64,000 nucleotides of DNA from NCBI GenBank assembly GCA_016180645.1, contig JACPAV010000007.1, forward strand, positions 104,888-168,887, in the 5' to 3' direction. The stretch is from Nitrospirota bacterium. GTDB taxonomy: Bacteria > JACPQY01. A program made the position numbers and the translations under genes. The notes under the pieces are model-generated. The model was not told the origin of the DNA, made no database searches, and was given only the letters and a program-made list of their open reading frames with translations. Every line of letters starts with the position of its first letter. Within the stretch, counting starts at the first letter, position 1. This document shows, one piece after another, positions 1 to 9,788 of this stretch.

Positions 1-759
1 GAACTGGATGTCCTGCTCGACCGCCACGTTCCCTTTGAGGTCGAGCGACATGGCCGGCTGAAACGATAAACCGGCATGGAGCGGGCCACGGGCGTACCGC
101 ACACCGGCGATGAGGGAAGGACTGTTGATGGCGTCCGCCTTCATGCTGAAAAATCCATCGTTCTCGGGATGGTCCTTGGCGTCCAGTGCCAGCGTATAGG
201 CCTGTTCAAATTCGGTGTAGACATACGTGAGGAGCGCGTCCAGTCCGAAGCTGAGGCCTTTGATCGGCTCGTAGGCGGCCCCGAGACCGTAGAAGACCTC
301 GCCGATCTCTGAGTCGATCACCGCATATCTCTGCGGCCCGATTTTGTCGAACTTGTATCCTCCGGAGAGCGGCGTGATGAGACCGCCGGCAAGTTTGAAT
401 TGTTCGATGCCGAAATCATGGGCAATGACCGCCGAAGGGACGTAGAAAAAGAAGGGTGACTGGTTGTGTACGGGATCGAACGTGACCTTTCCGCCCTCCT
501 CCGGGGCCCTCTGAAAATCGGCCTTCGTGTTGAGCATCGAGAGGCCGAGGAACACCTCGTTGCCCAACGAGGTCAGCGCGGCGGGGTTGTAGTAGAAGGC
601 CGTGAGATCGGTGGGCTTGGCGACAAAGGCCCCCCCCCGGCCGAAGGCGCGGGTGCCAGTGTCGGGAACGGTGTAGCCTGCGGACTTCGCGTCTGAGGAG
701 GATAGAAGCGTCAAAACAAGGGCAAGAACGGCAGGACGGACTCTGAAGAACCCGCTCAT
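1..759 (-). CDS. FadL/TodX-type outer-membrane long-chain fatty acid transporter (3' end outside window)
   Basis: Not in the ORF track. Manual translation from ATG at 759: MSGFFRVRPAVLALVLTLLSSSDAKSAGYTVPDTGTRAFGRGGAFVAKPTDLTAFYYNPAAL..., i.e. signal peptide plus the FadL-type GRGGA and YYNPA motifs; frame open to the window edge. Confidence 0.8.
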   Translation of the reverse strand, partial: MSGFFRVRPAVLALVLTLLSSSDAKSAGYTVPDTGTRAFGRGGAFVAKPTDLTAFYYNPAALTSLGNEVFLGLSMLNTKADFQRAPEEGGKVTFDPVHNQSPFFFYVPSAVIAHDFGIEQFKLAGGLITPLSGGYKFDKIGPQRYAVIDSEIGEVFYGLGAAYEPIKGLSFGLDALLTYVYTEFEQAYTLALDAKDHPENDGFFSMKADAINSPSLIAGVRYARGPLHAGLSFQPAMSLDLKGNVAVEQDIQF

Positions 760-819
760 GGACGGCAGTTTAGCCCCCGCCCTTGCAAAAGCACAGCAAA
801 ATGTCTACATTTTTCGACC

Positions 820-1134
820 ATGGGGAGAGACAGCGAAGATTCGGGAGGGGATCGAAGAGGTCTCCTGAAGAAAGCCATCTCGGCGGGCTTGGGCACTCTG
901 TCTGTCACGGAGGGCGCCGTGCGAGGGATGTTGAAGGAGGGGAAGATGCCCAGGCAGATCATCGGCGCCGCCGTGGGAACCGTGGAGAGGGCGCAGAAAG
1001 AGTTTGTGACCCTCCTGGCGAAGGAAATCGGCGAGTACTTCAAACATCTCAACGTGGCGGAGGAAACGAAGAAGGTCTTGGATGGCATGGAGATCACCGT
1101 GACCCTCCGTTTCAACCGCAAGAAGGGAAAGTAA
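820..1134 (+). CDS. hypothetical protein (104 aa)
   Basis: Coding-like helical ORF divergent from the fadL-like gene and co-oriented with the downstream genes. Confidence 0.6.
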   Translation: MGRDSEDSGGDRRGLLKKAISAGLGTLSVTEGAVRGMLKEGKMPRQIIGAAVGTVERAQKEFVTLLAKEIGEYFKHLNVAEETKKVLDGMEITVTLRFNRKKGK

Positions 1135-1152
1135 ACCGGGCATCGAAATTTC

Positions 1153-1752
1153 ATGCTGAACAGCGCCGTTCTCGTCCTGAACCGGTCCTACATGGCCATC
1201 GACATCACGACGGCCAAGAAGGCCTTTGTCCTTCTCTACAAAGGCATCGCGGCGGCGGTGGACGACGACCTGCGGACGTTTGATTTCGATTCATGGCGAG
1301 ATGTGGCGGAGTCCGACTTGGCGAACGGTCTGGGTACCGTTTCCGGCGTGATCGCCATTCCGAAAGTGATCCTTCTCCAAACCTACAGCAAGATTCCCCG
1401 TCGCGAAGTTCGGTTCAACCGATTCAACCTCTACATGCGGGACGAAAACTCCTGCCAGTACTGCGGCGAGAAACTCCCTAAGAGCGAGCTTACGCTGGAC
1501 CACATCGTGCCGCGTTCGAAGGGCGGGCGGACGACCTGGGAGAATGTGGTGTGCTGCTGCATTCCGTGCAATCTAAGGAAGGGCGGGCGGACCCCTCAGG
1601 GCGCGCACATGAGACTTATGCGAAAGCCGATCAAGCCCGCCTGGTGGCCGACCTCCAAGTTCAACGCCAATCATTTCCTCCGGAAGGAATGGCTGCCCTT
1701 CCTCAGCATGGTGGATGCGGCGTACTGGAATACGAAGCTGCAAGAGGACTAG
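1153..1752 (+). CDS. HNH endonuclease (McrA-like)
   Basis: CQYCG...LTLDHIVPRSKGG...WENVVCCCIPCNLRKG motif; N-terminal VLVLN-SY. Confidence 0.9.
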   Translation: MLNSAVLVLNRSYMAIDITTAKKAFVLLYKGIAAAVDDDLRTFDFDSWRDVAESDLANGLGTVSGVIAIPKVILLQTYSKIPRREVRFNRFNLYMRDENSCQYCGEKLPKSELTLDHIVPRSKGGRTTWENVVCCCIPCNLRKGGRTPQGAHMRLMRKPIKPAWWPTSKFNANHFLRKEWLPFLSMVDAAYWNTKLQED

Positions 1753-1841
1753 CGGTCAGCCCTCAGCTTTCAGCGGTCAGCTTCAAGGGAAACGGGAAAG
1801 ACATTTTCAGGCTGAAAGCCGAATGCTGAGCGCTGAGAGCT
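1751..1841. repeat. two inverted arrays of 7-bp repeats (nnTCAGC ... GCTGAnn)
   Basis: ggtcagc cctcagc tttcagc ggtcagc followed after ~30 bp by gctgaaa gccgaat gctgagc gctgaga. Confidence 0.7.
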
Positions 1842-1848
1842 TTCTGCA

Positions 1849-2757
1849 ATGAAGATCGGACTGGCTTTGGGCGGCGGAGCGGCGCGCGGCCTCGCCCACC
1901 TCGGCATCATCAAAGTCCTCAAAGAAGAAGACATCAAGATCGACGTCGTCGTGGGGACGAGCATGGGCGCGATCATCGGCGCGCTCTACGTCACCCAAAC
2001 CGACATGAGCGACATCATCGAGAAGGTCAAAACGTTCCTCACCGGTCCGCTCTTCCACAAGATCCGGCTGGACTTCTTCAAGCAGCAGATCAGCGATCAA
2101 AAGGGCGGTTTTCTCAAAGGCATTACAGCGGCCCTCAAAAAGGGGGTGGTCTACACCGCTTCCATGAGTCGGCAATCGTACGTGCGGAACGACTTGTATA
2201 TGGACGTCATGTCCAGTGTGTTGCCTGACGTCCTCATTCAAGACATGCGCACGCCGTTCGCAGCGGTGGCGACCGATTTGGTGTCGGGCGAGGAGGTGAT
2301 CCTCAAATCCGGCTCTCTCCGGCCCGCGATCGCCGCCAGCTCGGCCATTCCGGGTCTCATGCCTCCGATCACGATCGACGGAAAAATGCTGGTGGATGGC
2401 GGATGGATCGATCAAGTGCCCGTTCGCCCGACGTACAAAATGGGCGCTGATTTTGTCATGGCCGTAGACGTGGGGGAAGAGTTGGATCGCGTTCCGGAGC
2501 TGGATCGAAGCTTGGATATCGTTACGCGGGCGAACTTCGTGGCTCGGAAACGACTCATGCGGCTCCTTTCGGAGGAGGCGGATCTCCTACTACGCCCCGA
2601 AATGAAGGAAATTCACTGGGCTGATTTTTCCCAGTTGGAGAACGCGATCAAAATGGGCGAGCAGGCGGCCCGAGAGAAAATCGATGCCCTCAAGGAACTC
2701 ATCGGACGAACGAAAGTGAAGAAATTCTTCCAAACCTTCAATCCTTGGAAAGATTGA
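1849..2757 (+). CDS. patatin-like phospholipase (NTE/RssA family)
   Basis: LALGGGAARG, GTSMG nucleophile motif, DGG motif. Confidence 0.92.
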   Translation: MKIGLALGGGAARGLAHLGIIKVLKEEDIKIDVVVGTSMGAIIGALYVTQTDMSDIIEKVKTFLTGPLFHKIRLDFFKQQISDQKGGFLKGITAALKKGVVYTASMSRQSYVRNDLYMDVMSSVLPDVLIQDMRTPFAAVATDLVSGEEVILKSGSLRPAIAASSAIPGLMPPITIDGKMLVDGGWIDQVPVRPTYKMGADFVMAVDVGEELDRVPELDRSLDIVTRANFVARKRLMRLLSEEADLLLRPEMKEIHWADFSQLENAIKMGEQAAREKIDALKELIGRTKVKKFFQTFNPWKD

Positions 2758-3710
2758 CGGTTGCTCGCCGCGTTGAAGCTGCCCCGTCCCCCTCGATTCG
2801 AATTGATCAGTGGCTGCTCGTTGAGCTGAAGCTGGCCTCGCGGTCCGCCGCCCAGAAACTTCTTCGAGAGGGCGCCGTGCAGGTCAATGGACGGTCGGTG
2901 AAGGCGAGCCACCTCATGAGACTGGGAGACCAGGTGAAAGTGGTTCTTCCAGAAGCCGGGCACGTCGGCGTGGAGCCGGAATCGGTGCCGTTGGAGGTCA
3001 TCTACACAGATGACGATCTCGTCGTGGTGAACAAGCAGCCTGGCGTGGTGGTCCATCCGGGGGCCGGCTCGAATAAAGGAACATTGGTGGCGGGTCTCCT
3101 CCATCGGTTCGGCTCCCTGGCCTCCCCTGGTGGCCCGTTACGGCCCGGCATCGTTCACCGTTTGGATCGGGGGACCTCCGGAGTAATGGTGGTAGCCCGG
3201 AGCGAGCGCGCCTACTACGATCTCATCCGTCAATTCCGGGACAGAGAAATTCAGAAAGAATACTGGGCGCTGGTGTGGGGAACGATGAGGGGGCGCGGGG
3301 CGTTGGACGCTCCCATTGGACGCCACCCCACGCGACGGACCGTCATGAGCGTAAGCGCTGCCGGGCATGGAAGGCCGGCACAGACCGAATGGGGGGTAAT
3401 CGATTCCAGTGACTCATTTTCCCTCGTTCGCCTCAAGCCGAGAACGGGCCGGACCCATCAGATCCGGGTCCATCTCAGCTACTTGAAGCATCCCATCGTG
3501 GGTGATCCCGTGTATGGAACCCGGGTGGCAGGGGGACTTTCTCGGAAGTTGGAGGCCGGCCATCCGGTACTCAGAGTGGATCGTCCACTTCTCCACGCAC
3601 GTCGACTCTCGTTCCGGCATCCGGCGAGCGCTGAAGGGCTGACTTTCGAAGCCCCGGTGCCGGAGGATTTCAGTCGGGTGGTTGAAGCAGTCGGATTGAA
3701 GTCTTTGTAG
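2745..3710 (+). CDS. rluD: RluA/RluD-family pseudouridine synthase
   Basis: N-terminal S4 domain, HRLDRGTSG catalytic motif, TGRTHQIRVH. Confidence 0.88.
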   Translation: MERLTVARRVEAAPSPSIRIDQWLLVELKLASRSAAQKLLREGAVQVNGRSVKASHLMRLGDQVKVVLPEAGHVGVEPESVPLEVIYTDDDLVVVNKQPGVVVHPGAGSNKGTLVAGLLHRFGSLASPGGPLRPGIVHRLDRGTSGVMVVARSERAYYDLIRQFRDREIQKEYWALVWGTMRGRGALDAPIGRHPTRRTVMSVSAAGHGRPAQTEWGVIDSSDSFSLVRLKPRTGRTHQIRVHLSYLKHPIVGDPVYGTRVAGGLSRKLEAGHPVLRVDRPLLHARRLSFRHPASAEGLTFEAPVPEDFSRVVEAVGLKSL

Positions 3711-3716
3711 GCGCCG

Positions 3717-4643
3717 TCACGGAGAGACGAAACTGAGGCTGGGCCCGAGCTCGACATTCAATTTGGTCCCGGCCGTGAGCATCTCGCCGTCCAGAATAAG
3801 GGGCTGCTCCTGCGGAGTTTCGATCTCCACCTTCTGCGTGATGTGTTCCCAGAATCGATCATCGGGAATAGGCATTCCGCGGTGGAGACGATAGAGGAAG
3901 CGAAAGTAATACGGCAGGGGGAAGCTGGCCAGGCGTAGATGAAAATGATGCGGTTTCTCGAGGGCGCGGGGCACGAGGAGAAAGCCGAGCGGGTAACGCG
4001 TGATCGTGCCGGCCAGGAGGGCGGTGAAGTGTTTCTCCGCGACGGGTCGTCCATCGACCTGAACCGCGGCTTCGAACGGCTCCGCGATCCAGCGGGCAAA
4101 CTCCGATCCGGTGGCCACGGAGAGGGCCCCGCGGCCGATGATGCTCATGACCGTTCTGGCCGCCCCCCCACCTTTGTAGTACACGCTCATCAGCTTCGTT
4201 GCGAACCCGAGGCCGAACATGAAGGCAAAGTGCTCGTTCACTTTCAGCATCGGCCTTTCCACCGAATCGATCGGTTCATCGTGCCGGAGCTTGTGGACGA
4301 GGGCGCGAAGATAGGAACGTCCCATCCCGCGGAGTCCGAGGGCTGTAATGATCGTATTCATCGTGCCGCCCTTCACCAGGGCGAACAGGGGAAGAGGCCG
4401 CCCCTTCCATTCGTGAATGACGGTGGTGATCGTTTTCTGAATGGAGCCGTCTCCGCCGCAGATGCCGACGATCTCGCACTCGCGTCGCCGAAGGTCGGCG
4501 ATGACTTCTTCAAGATGGGTGAGGTTCTCGCTGACGATGAAATCGCCGACGGGTTTCACGATCGACCGGTACCGGTACATCCTCCATGGGAATTTCCGGT
4601 TGCGCTTGGCCTTCGGATTGTAGATGAGGGCGAACCGTCTCAC
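3717..4643 (-). CDS. diacylglycerol/lipid kinase family protein
   Basis: IYNP, GGDGS, GGTMN and LDGE motifs. Confidence 0.85.
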   Translation of the reverse strand: MRRFALIYNPKAKRNRKFPWRMYRYRSIVKPVGDFIVSENLTHLEEVIADLRRRECEIVGICGGDGSIQKTITTVIHEWKGRPLPLFALVKGGTMNTIITALGLRGMGRSYLRALVHKLRHDEPIDSVERPMLKVNEHFAFMFGLGFATKLMSVYYKGGGAARTVMSIIGRGALSVATGSEFARWIAEPFEAAVQVDGRPVAEKHFTALLAGTITRYPLGFLLVPRALEKPHHFHLRLASFPLPYYFRFLYRLHRGMPIPDDRFWEHITQKVEIETPQEQPLILDGEMLTAGTKLNVELGPSLSFVSP

Positions 4644-4664
4644 GGATCGTTCTTAGCAAGGGGT

Positions 4665-4919
4665 GTGCGGCTTGACAAGCGGTTAGTTGTAGAACGAGTG
4701 GCGGTAACCGGCTCGCTGCTCCATCCGATGCGGTTCGGCTCAGGTTCGGACCTCGATTTGATCGTGTGGGGGTTGCCCAAGGGGAAATACCTGGAGGCCC
4801 TCGACCTTGTCTGGATGGAGCTGACCCCGCTTCTTGGGAAGGTCGGTCCGCTCGCCAGGCAAGCGGAGGCCGAGGTGACCTCCTTCCGGACATTCGTCCG
4901 CGCGCTGGCTTCCGACTGA
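4665..4919 (+). pseudogene. probable remnant of a minimal nucleotidyltransferase (MNT), possibly fused to a HEPN C-terminal fragment
   Basis: VAVTGSLL...SDLDLIVWGL (GS...DxD), then an abrupt switch to a helical tail resembling HepT-type C-termini. Confidence 0.5.
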
Positions 4920-4951
4920 GCGCGCCCCCGGGGGGCAACCGTTTTCGTCGC

Positions 4952-5296
4952 CTAATGGCGCCTGCGCATGTTCAGAATGTTCCGCAGGATTTCCGAAATG
5001 GCAAGGGAATCGTCCGGAGAACAATGCTGGAGCATATCGTACACCTGCACGGAGGGATCCCGTTGAACTTTGGCTTCCACGGGCCAGGGGAAATTGAAGA
5101 GTTCTTTGGGAGAACTGCCCAGCGCGTTGGACAGAGCTTCCAGCGCTTCCAATGAAGCCGATTTCCGCCCGCCCTCGATCGCGTTCACGTGGCTCCAAGA
5201 AAGACCGGCCTTCTCGGCCAGGCCTTCCTGAGTCATCCCCTTCAGCTTCCGCAGGCGCTGTATTCTTTTGCCGAGCGCCCTCCTGATCTTTCCCAT
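4952..5296 (-). CDS. XRE-family HTH transcriptional regulator (114 aa)
   Basis: MGKIRRALGKRIQRLRKLKGMTQEGLAEKAGLSWSHVNAIEGG; ATG at 5296 preceded by GGAGG. Confidence 0.9.
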   Translation of the reverse strand: MGKIRRALGKRIQRLRKLKGMTQEGLAEKAGLSWSHVNAIEGGRKSASLEALEALSNALGSSPKELFNFPWPVEAKVQRDPSVQVYDMLQHCSPDDSLAISEILRNILNMRRRH

Positions 5297-5377
5297 CGGA
5301 CCTCCATGTACCCTCCTGTAGACTGAATAGCCGACGAACCGGCGCGAGAACATATCCCAATAGGATGTACAATACAC

Positions 5378-5406
5378 TTGACACATTCCCACGGGGTGTG
5401 TTACGA
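5378..5406 (+). promoter_or_regulatory. candidate promoter with overlapping imperfect inverted repeat (possible XRE operator)
   Basis: TTGACA at 5378 overlapping ACACATTCC-cac-GGGGTGTGT (5381-5401) in the divergent intergenic region; -10 box weak. Confidence 0.35.
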
Positions 5407-5504
5407 GGTCGTAAAACGCGAAGTAACCGCCTTGCAGGGAGGGAAACGTAGACCAAGGGAGAAATGGAATGCGGTTGGATTTACGCAAGCAAAGGAGGAC
5501 ACGA

Positions 5505-6572
5505 ATGAACAAATTCAGCGAAGGCGCGGGTCTCCGGTTCTGGATGCGGGCCGCAGGGGTGGCTGTTTTGTGGATGGGCTTTGCCGGTTGCGCGGCGACC
5601 CTGAAGGTGGCTCGCATGAAACCCGCGGAGATCAATCTCGCGGCATTCAAAAAAATCGCCGTGGCGGACATCACGGGTGAAGGCGGACAAGAAATTGCGG
5701 ATACGATGAACCAGGCGCTGTTCGATTCCCAAAGATTCGAGGTCTTGGACCGGCAAAATCTTACCAAGATCATGAAGGAGCAGAATCTGGTGATCGGCGA
5801 AGCCTTCGATCCTTCCCAGTCGGTCCAGATCGGAAAGCTTTTGGGCAGTGCCGCGATGATCTTCGGCGGCGTGACGACGCGGAAGTACGACGAGAAGAAG
5901 ACGTATGAGGACAAACAGTGCACCCAGGTGGTGGGCGGACAGACGGTTACGCGCCCGTGCCGCGTGTACACCGTCACGGGAACGTGGAACGTCAACATGG
6001 GGCTCAAAGTCGTCGATACGGCCACCGGCAAGATGGTGGCCACCAAGGCGTTCAAGGAACAAGACTCCAAGAAGGTGAGCGCCACGGACGCCGTCCCGGC
6101 GATTGACTGGGACAAGGACGCCGTTTTCAGCGACATCCAGGGGAAAATTGTGGTCCAGTTCATGAAAGTGATCGCCCCCTACACGGAGATGGTGGACGTG
6201 GAGCTCTTCAAGAGCGGCGATCTGCCTGAGATGGAGAAAGGGATCAACTTCGGCAAGCGGGGTGAATGGGCGGATGCCATCGAGCAGTTCAGGACGGCCG
6301 TGGGCAAGGCCGACAACGATCCGAAGATCAAGAACAGCCTTCGGGCCAAGGCTCACTACGATCTTGGAGTTGCCCTCGGATACAGCGGCCAGTATGACGA
6401 AGGGTTGAAGGAACTCAAGAAGGCCAATGATCTCGAAGCCAGCGGGACTTTCGACAAGGAAATCGGACGGATCAAACAGTATAAGAAGGATGCGGAGAAG
6501 CTCAAGCAGCAGGGGGTGGGCGCCGAGTCCAGTTCCGTGCCTCCGCGCCCGAGATTCGTGGTGGCGGGGTGA
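5505..6572 (+). CDS. CsgG/HfaB-like lipoprotein with C-terminal TPR repeats
   Basis: AGGAGG RBS, lipobox FAGC, RFEVLDRQNL..IMKEQ...IGKLLG (CsgG-like), AHYDLGVALG (TPR). Confidence 0.8.
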   Translation: MNKFSEGAGLRFWMRAAGVAVLWMGFAGCAATLKVARMKPAEINLAAFKKIAVADITGEGGQEIADTMNQALFDSQRFEVLDRQNLTKIMKEQNLVIGEAFDPSQSVQIGKLLGSAAMIFGGVTTRKYDEKKTYEDKQCTQVVGGQTVTRPCRVYTVTGTWNVNMGLKVVDTATGKMVATKAFKEQDSKKVSATDAVPAIDWDKDAVFSDIQGKIVVQFMKVIAPYTEMVDVELFKSGDLPEMEKGINFGKRGEWADAIEQFRTAVGKADNDPKIKNSLRAKAHYDLGVALGYSGQYDEGLKELKKANDLEASGTFDKEIGRIKQYKKDAEKLKQQGVGAESSSVPPRPRFVVAG

Positions 6573-6576
6573 TCCG

Positions 6577-6804
6577 GTGACAACGTTGGGAAAGATCGGA
6601 TTGACAGGCTGGATCTCGGTGATGGGATTGTTTCTTGCGGCGTGCTCCGAGGATCCGTGCGACAAGGGCGCCTACAAGTGCGACGGAACGGTTCTCATGT
6701 ACTGCGGCTCGGACGAGTCGTGGTCGATCTCCAAGGACTGCGGTTCCGTCGGAAAGGGCTGCGCCTCCAAGTGCGCCTCAGGAGCGGCTTGCTGCATAGA
6801 CTAG
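6577..6804 (+). CDS. small cysteine-rich lipoprotein (75 aa)
   Basis: GTG start 5 bp after upstream stop, lipobox LAAC, 8 further Cys. Confidence 0.65.
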   Translation: MTTLGKIGLTGWISVMGLFLAACSEDPCDKGAYKCDGTVLMYCGSDESWSISKDCGSVGKGCASKCASGAACCID

Positions 6805-6854
6805 CCCGGCGTACGCGGCCAAAATCACCTCCGCGGTATGGCGCCTGACACAGT

Positions 6855-8327
6855 GTGTCACGCAATACCCTCCTTCAATCCCTATTAGGGGCTGCGGTCG
6901 GGCTGGCAACAGCTTGTGCCGCAGCCCAACCTGTGTGGGTCTCCACCAATATCCACCCGGTATTTTCCACGCGGGAATACGTAATCGGGGTGGGCGCGGC
7001 TCCGCACACGCGAAGCGAGGAAAATGATCTGGCCCAGGCCGACTCCAACGCCCGCACGGAGATCGCCAAGCAAGTCCAAATCCGCGTTGAAGAGGTCATG
7101 TCCACGCGCCAACACGAGGCAGCCAGGGGAGAGGTGCGGACCGGCTCCTACGAAGTTTCCGTCCGGTCTCAGGAAAGCGTGGGTCTCACGTTGGAAGGCG
7201 TGAAAATCGTTGAGCGGTCCTTCGACAAGAAAGCCGGGCAGCACTACGCGCTGGCGGTCTTGCCGCGGGTCAGCACCTCTATCCGTCTGGCCGATCAGGC
7301 CGCTCAGGGTTTCCGTCAAGCCAAGGCAGCTTTGCGCGAGTCCGCGTTGCTCATCGACTCCGGCGACGTCGTGGGCGCCGCGCGAAGGCTGATCCTCGCG
7401 TCCGATGTTTACGAGAAGGCGGTTGGCCACGAATTGGTTTCTTCCGTCCTCGGACAAACAGGTTCGTCGCCCGATCGGGGCCCACCTCCCTTTCCCACTC
7501 TCATGGACTTGGTGGACAAGACGAAACTGGAGGTCGGGGCGGGTGACGGACAGGCGGGTGTGGCCGGAAGCCCGCTCCCTCGACCCATCCGTGTGCGCGC
7601 GGTCTACGCGGGAGCGGTTCCAGTGGCGCGGTTGCCCCTTGCCGTGGAGGCGCCCTCCGACGCGGCAAGCATAGAGCCGGGGATCCGAACCAACGCGAAC
7701 GGCGAGGCGGAAATTCGGGTCCTCAACGTCAGGAAAACGGGTAGAAGCGTAAACTCCGTCCCCGTTCGGGTGGCTTGGGACGATCTGGTGCAGGAGAGTC
7801 TGGGAGGCCGGCCGCCGTCCTGGATGGGGCGGCTCGGAGGCGGAACGGTCGCCTTCAGGTATCGGCTGCGAACCAAATCGGAAACGAGAGTCTTGGTTCA
7901 GACCTGCGTCTCGCGGGAGGATCGCGTCGTGTCGGATACCGTTCTGTTGCCGCGGCTGATGGGTGAATTCAAGAAGGCTGGGTTCCAGGTCCTGGAAGCA
8001 CCCGCTTCGTTGGGAGCATGGGGCGCATGCCCGAAACCGGATGATTTGAGTGCGCTCCGCGAGAGTTTCCGCGACAGGACCGATTTACTTGTTCTTGCCG
8101 TTGCCGCAACGTCCTTCGCGGGCGTGAGAGAGGCCGTGACCGTCCATCGCGCACACCTGTTCGCGGCGGCGTATGACCTGACCCGAGATGAAACCGTCGC
8201 CTCTCTCGAAGGAGAAGCCGCGGGAGGCGGGAACACACCCGAGCGGGCTGCCGACCGCAGCGTGAGGCAGGTGGCCGAAGACTTGGCGCCTGAACTGGTT
8301 CGGAAAGCCGTTGAAGGTCTGCGGTAG
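6855..8327 (+). CDS. LPP20-like lipoprotein
   Basis: Lipobox ATAC; YVIGVG...ADSNARTEIAKQ is LPP20-like; central Ig-like segment. Confidence 0.7.
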   Translation: MSRNTLLQSLLGAAVGLATACAAAQPVWVSTNIHPVFSTREYVIGVGAAPHTRSEENDLAQADSNARTEIAKQVQIRVEEVMSTRQHEAARGEVRTGSYEVSVRSQESVGLTLEGVKIVERSFDKKAGQHYALAVLPRVSTSIRLADQAAQGFRQAKAALRESALLIDSGDVVGAARRLILASDVYEKAVGHELVSSVLGQTGSSPDRGPPPFPTLMDLVDKTKLEVGAGDGQAGVAGSPLPRPIRVRAVYAGAVPVARLPLAVEAPSDAASIEPGIRTNANGEAEIRVLNVRKTGRSVNSVPVRVAWDDLVQESLGGRPPSWMGRLGGGTVAFRYRLRTKSETRVLVQTCVSREDRVVSDTVLLPRLMGEFKKAGFQVLEAPASLGAWGACPKPDDLSALRESFRDRTDLLVLAVAATSFAGVREAVTVHRAHLFAAAYDLTRDETVASLEGEAAGGGNTPERAADRSVRQVAEDLAPELVRKAVEGLR

Positions 8328-8406
8328 CAACCGGCATCGTCCTTCTTCCGCCGGGAGCTACTTTACCTCAAGGGCGTCGTTTGATATAAGGCGGATGGAG
8401 GTTACG

Positions 8407-8868
8407 GTGGGGAAAATAAACCGCTTGATCGTCCTCGCTCTCATCGCACTGTTCTGCGTTTCGTGGCCCGGCGCTGCCTTATCGGAGGAATCACCCAAGA
8501 AGTCGAAATCCGTTCTTGATGAAGCGCTTTCCAAGTGCCAGCTCATTCTCGACGGTCTGGAGAAGGGCGGAAAGGAAGAGCATCGTCGGACGTCGGTGAT
8601 CGGCGTGCGCGCTGGAAAGCCGGCGGGCGCACAGGAACTCTCGGACGATCCCGAGATCTCCGCGCTCCAAAAACAACTCAAGTCGGCAGGTGAGGCCGCC
8701 GCCCGGTTGCGGGGCGCCGTGGAAGCGAGTTCCGATCCGAAGTTCCGCGCCGATGCCTACAAGGCCCTCAGTGATCTCTATGGCTCGATGGCTGAGGCGG
8801 AGAAGCAGATCGCCGAGAAAACGGGCGCCAAGAAACAACCCGCCGATGGAGAAAGTGGAAAGCCGTAA
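8407..8868 (+). CDS. hypothetical exported protein
   Basis: GTG with GGAGG RBS, hydrophobic signal peptide, helical body; alternative ATG at 8395. Confidence 0.6.
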   Translation: MGKINRLIVLALIALFCVSWPGAALSEESPKKSKSVLDEALSKCQLILDGLEKGGKEEHRRTSVIGVRAGKPAGAQELSDDPEISALQKQLKSAGEAAARLRGAVEASSDPKFRADAYKALSDLYGSMAEAEKQIAEKTGAKKQPADGESGKP

Positions 8869-9775
8869 CCGTTTCCTGCGTTCCTTCCTTCTGCTGGGAT
8901 TCATTCTTCTTCCCGGGAGCGCTTTTTCGCTCTCCCCCAAGGAGATTTACAAGAAGTCGGCGCCGTCCGTGGTGGCGATCCTGTGCTATGACCTCAAGGG
9001 GAGCGGCACCGCCGGCTCGGGGTTTCTGATCGATGAGAAGAGCCGCGTCCTTACGAATGCGCATGTGGTGATCGGCGGAAAAGGCGCTCCCTACGAGAAG
9101 ATCTGGGTGTACTTCAAGCCGGAATCGATCACGGGCAATCCCGACAAGGACCTTCGCAATCCGGTGAAGGCGAAGGTTGAACGTTTCGACGACAAGTTGG
9201 ACCTGGCCCTGCTGTCGCTCGAAAGTCCCCCCGCGGGAAGTTCTCCCTTGGCCCTGGCCGATCCCTCCTCCGTGGAGATCGGCGACTACGTGGCCGCCAT
9301 CGGCCACCCGGAGCAGGGCGGACTATGGACGCTGACCACGGGGACGGTGAGCACGGTGGTGGCGGACATGGAAGGGGTTCCCGGCAAGGACGCATTTCAG
9401 ACGGAGGCCAGCATCAATCGCGGCAATTCGGGTGGGCCTCTCTTGGACGAGAACGGGAACGTCATCGGGATTAACTCGCTGATCGTAAGGCAGGCCGCCG
9501 ACGGGCTGGCCATCACGGATGTCAATTTCGCGATCAAGTCCGGCGTGGCCCAGAAATGGCTCAACCAGGGCGGCCTGAACGTGGCCCTCACCCCAAAATC
9601 GCCTACGTCGGGAGAAGACCCGGCCTTCGTGAGGGCGGCGGCGTCCAAGGAGAAGATCACCACATCGAAGCAGCCGTTCCGCATCGAAACGGTGGTCGAG
9701 GCGCAACGAAAGAAAATCGAGAAAGAGATGTCCGACATGATGGACGAAATGCATCGAAGGGTCATCGAAGAGTAA
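8846..9775 (+). CDS. exported trypsin-like serine protease (S1C-like, no PDZ)
   Basis: Signal peptide; TNAHV (His), DLALL (Asp), GNSGGPL (Ser). Confidence 0.9.
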   Translation: MEKVESRNRFLRSFLLLGFILLPGSAFSLSPKEIYKKSAPSVVAILCYDLKGSGTAGSGFLIDEKSRVLTNAHVVIGGKGAPYEKIWVYFKPESITGNPDKDLRNPVKAKVERFDDKLDLALLSLESPPAGSSPLALADPSSVEIGDYVAAIGHPEQGGLWTLTTGTVSTVVADMEGVPGKDAFQTEASINRGNSGGPLLDENGNVIGINSLIVRQAADGLAITDVNFAIKSGVAQKWLNQGGLNVALTPKSPTSGEDPAFVRAAASKEKITTSKQPFRIETVVEAQRKKIEKEMSDMMDEMHRRVIEE

Positions 9776-9788
9776 AGGAGGAATTCGA

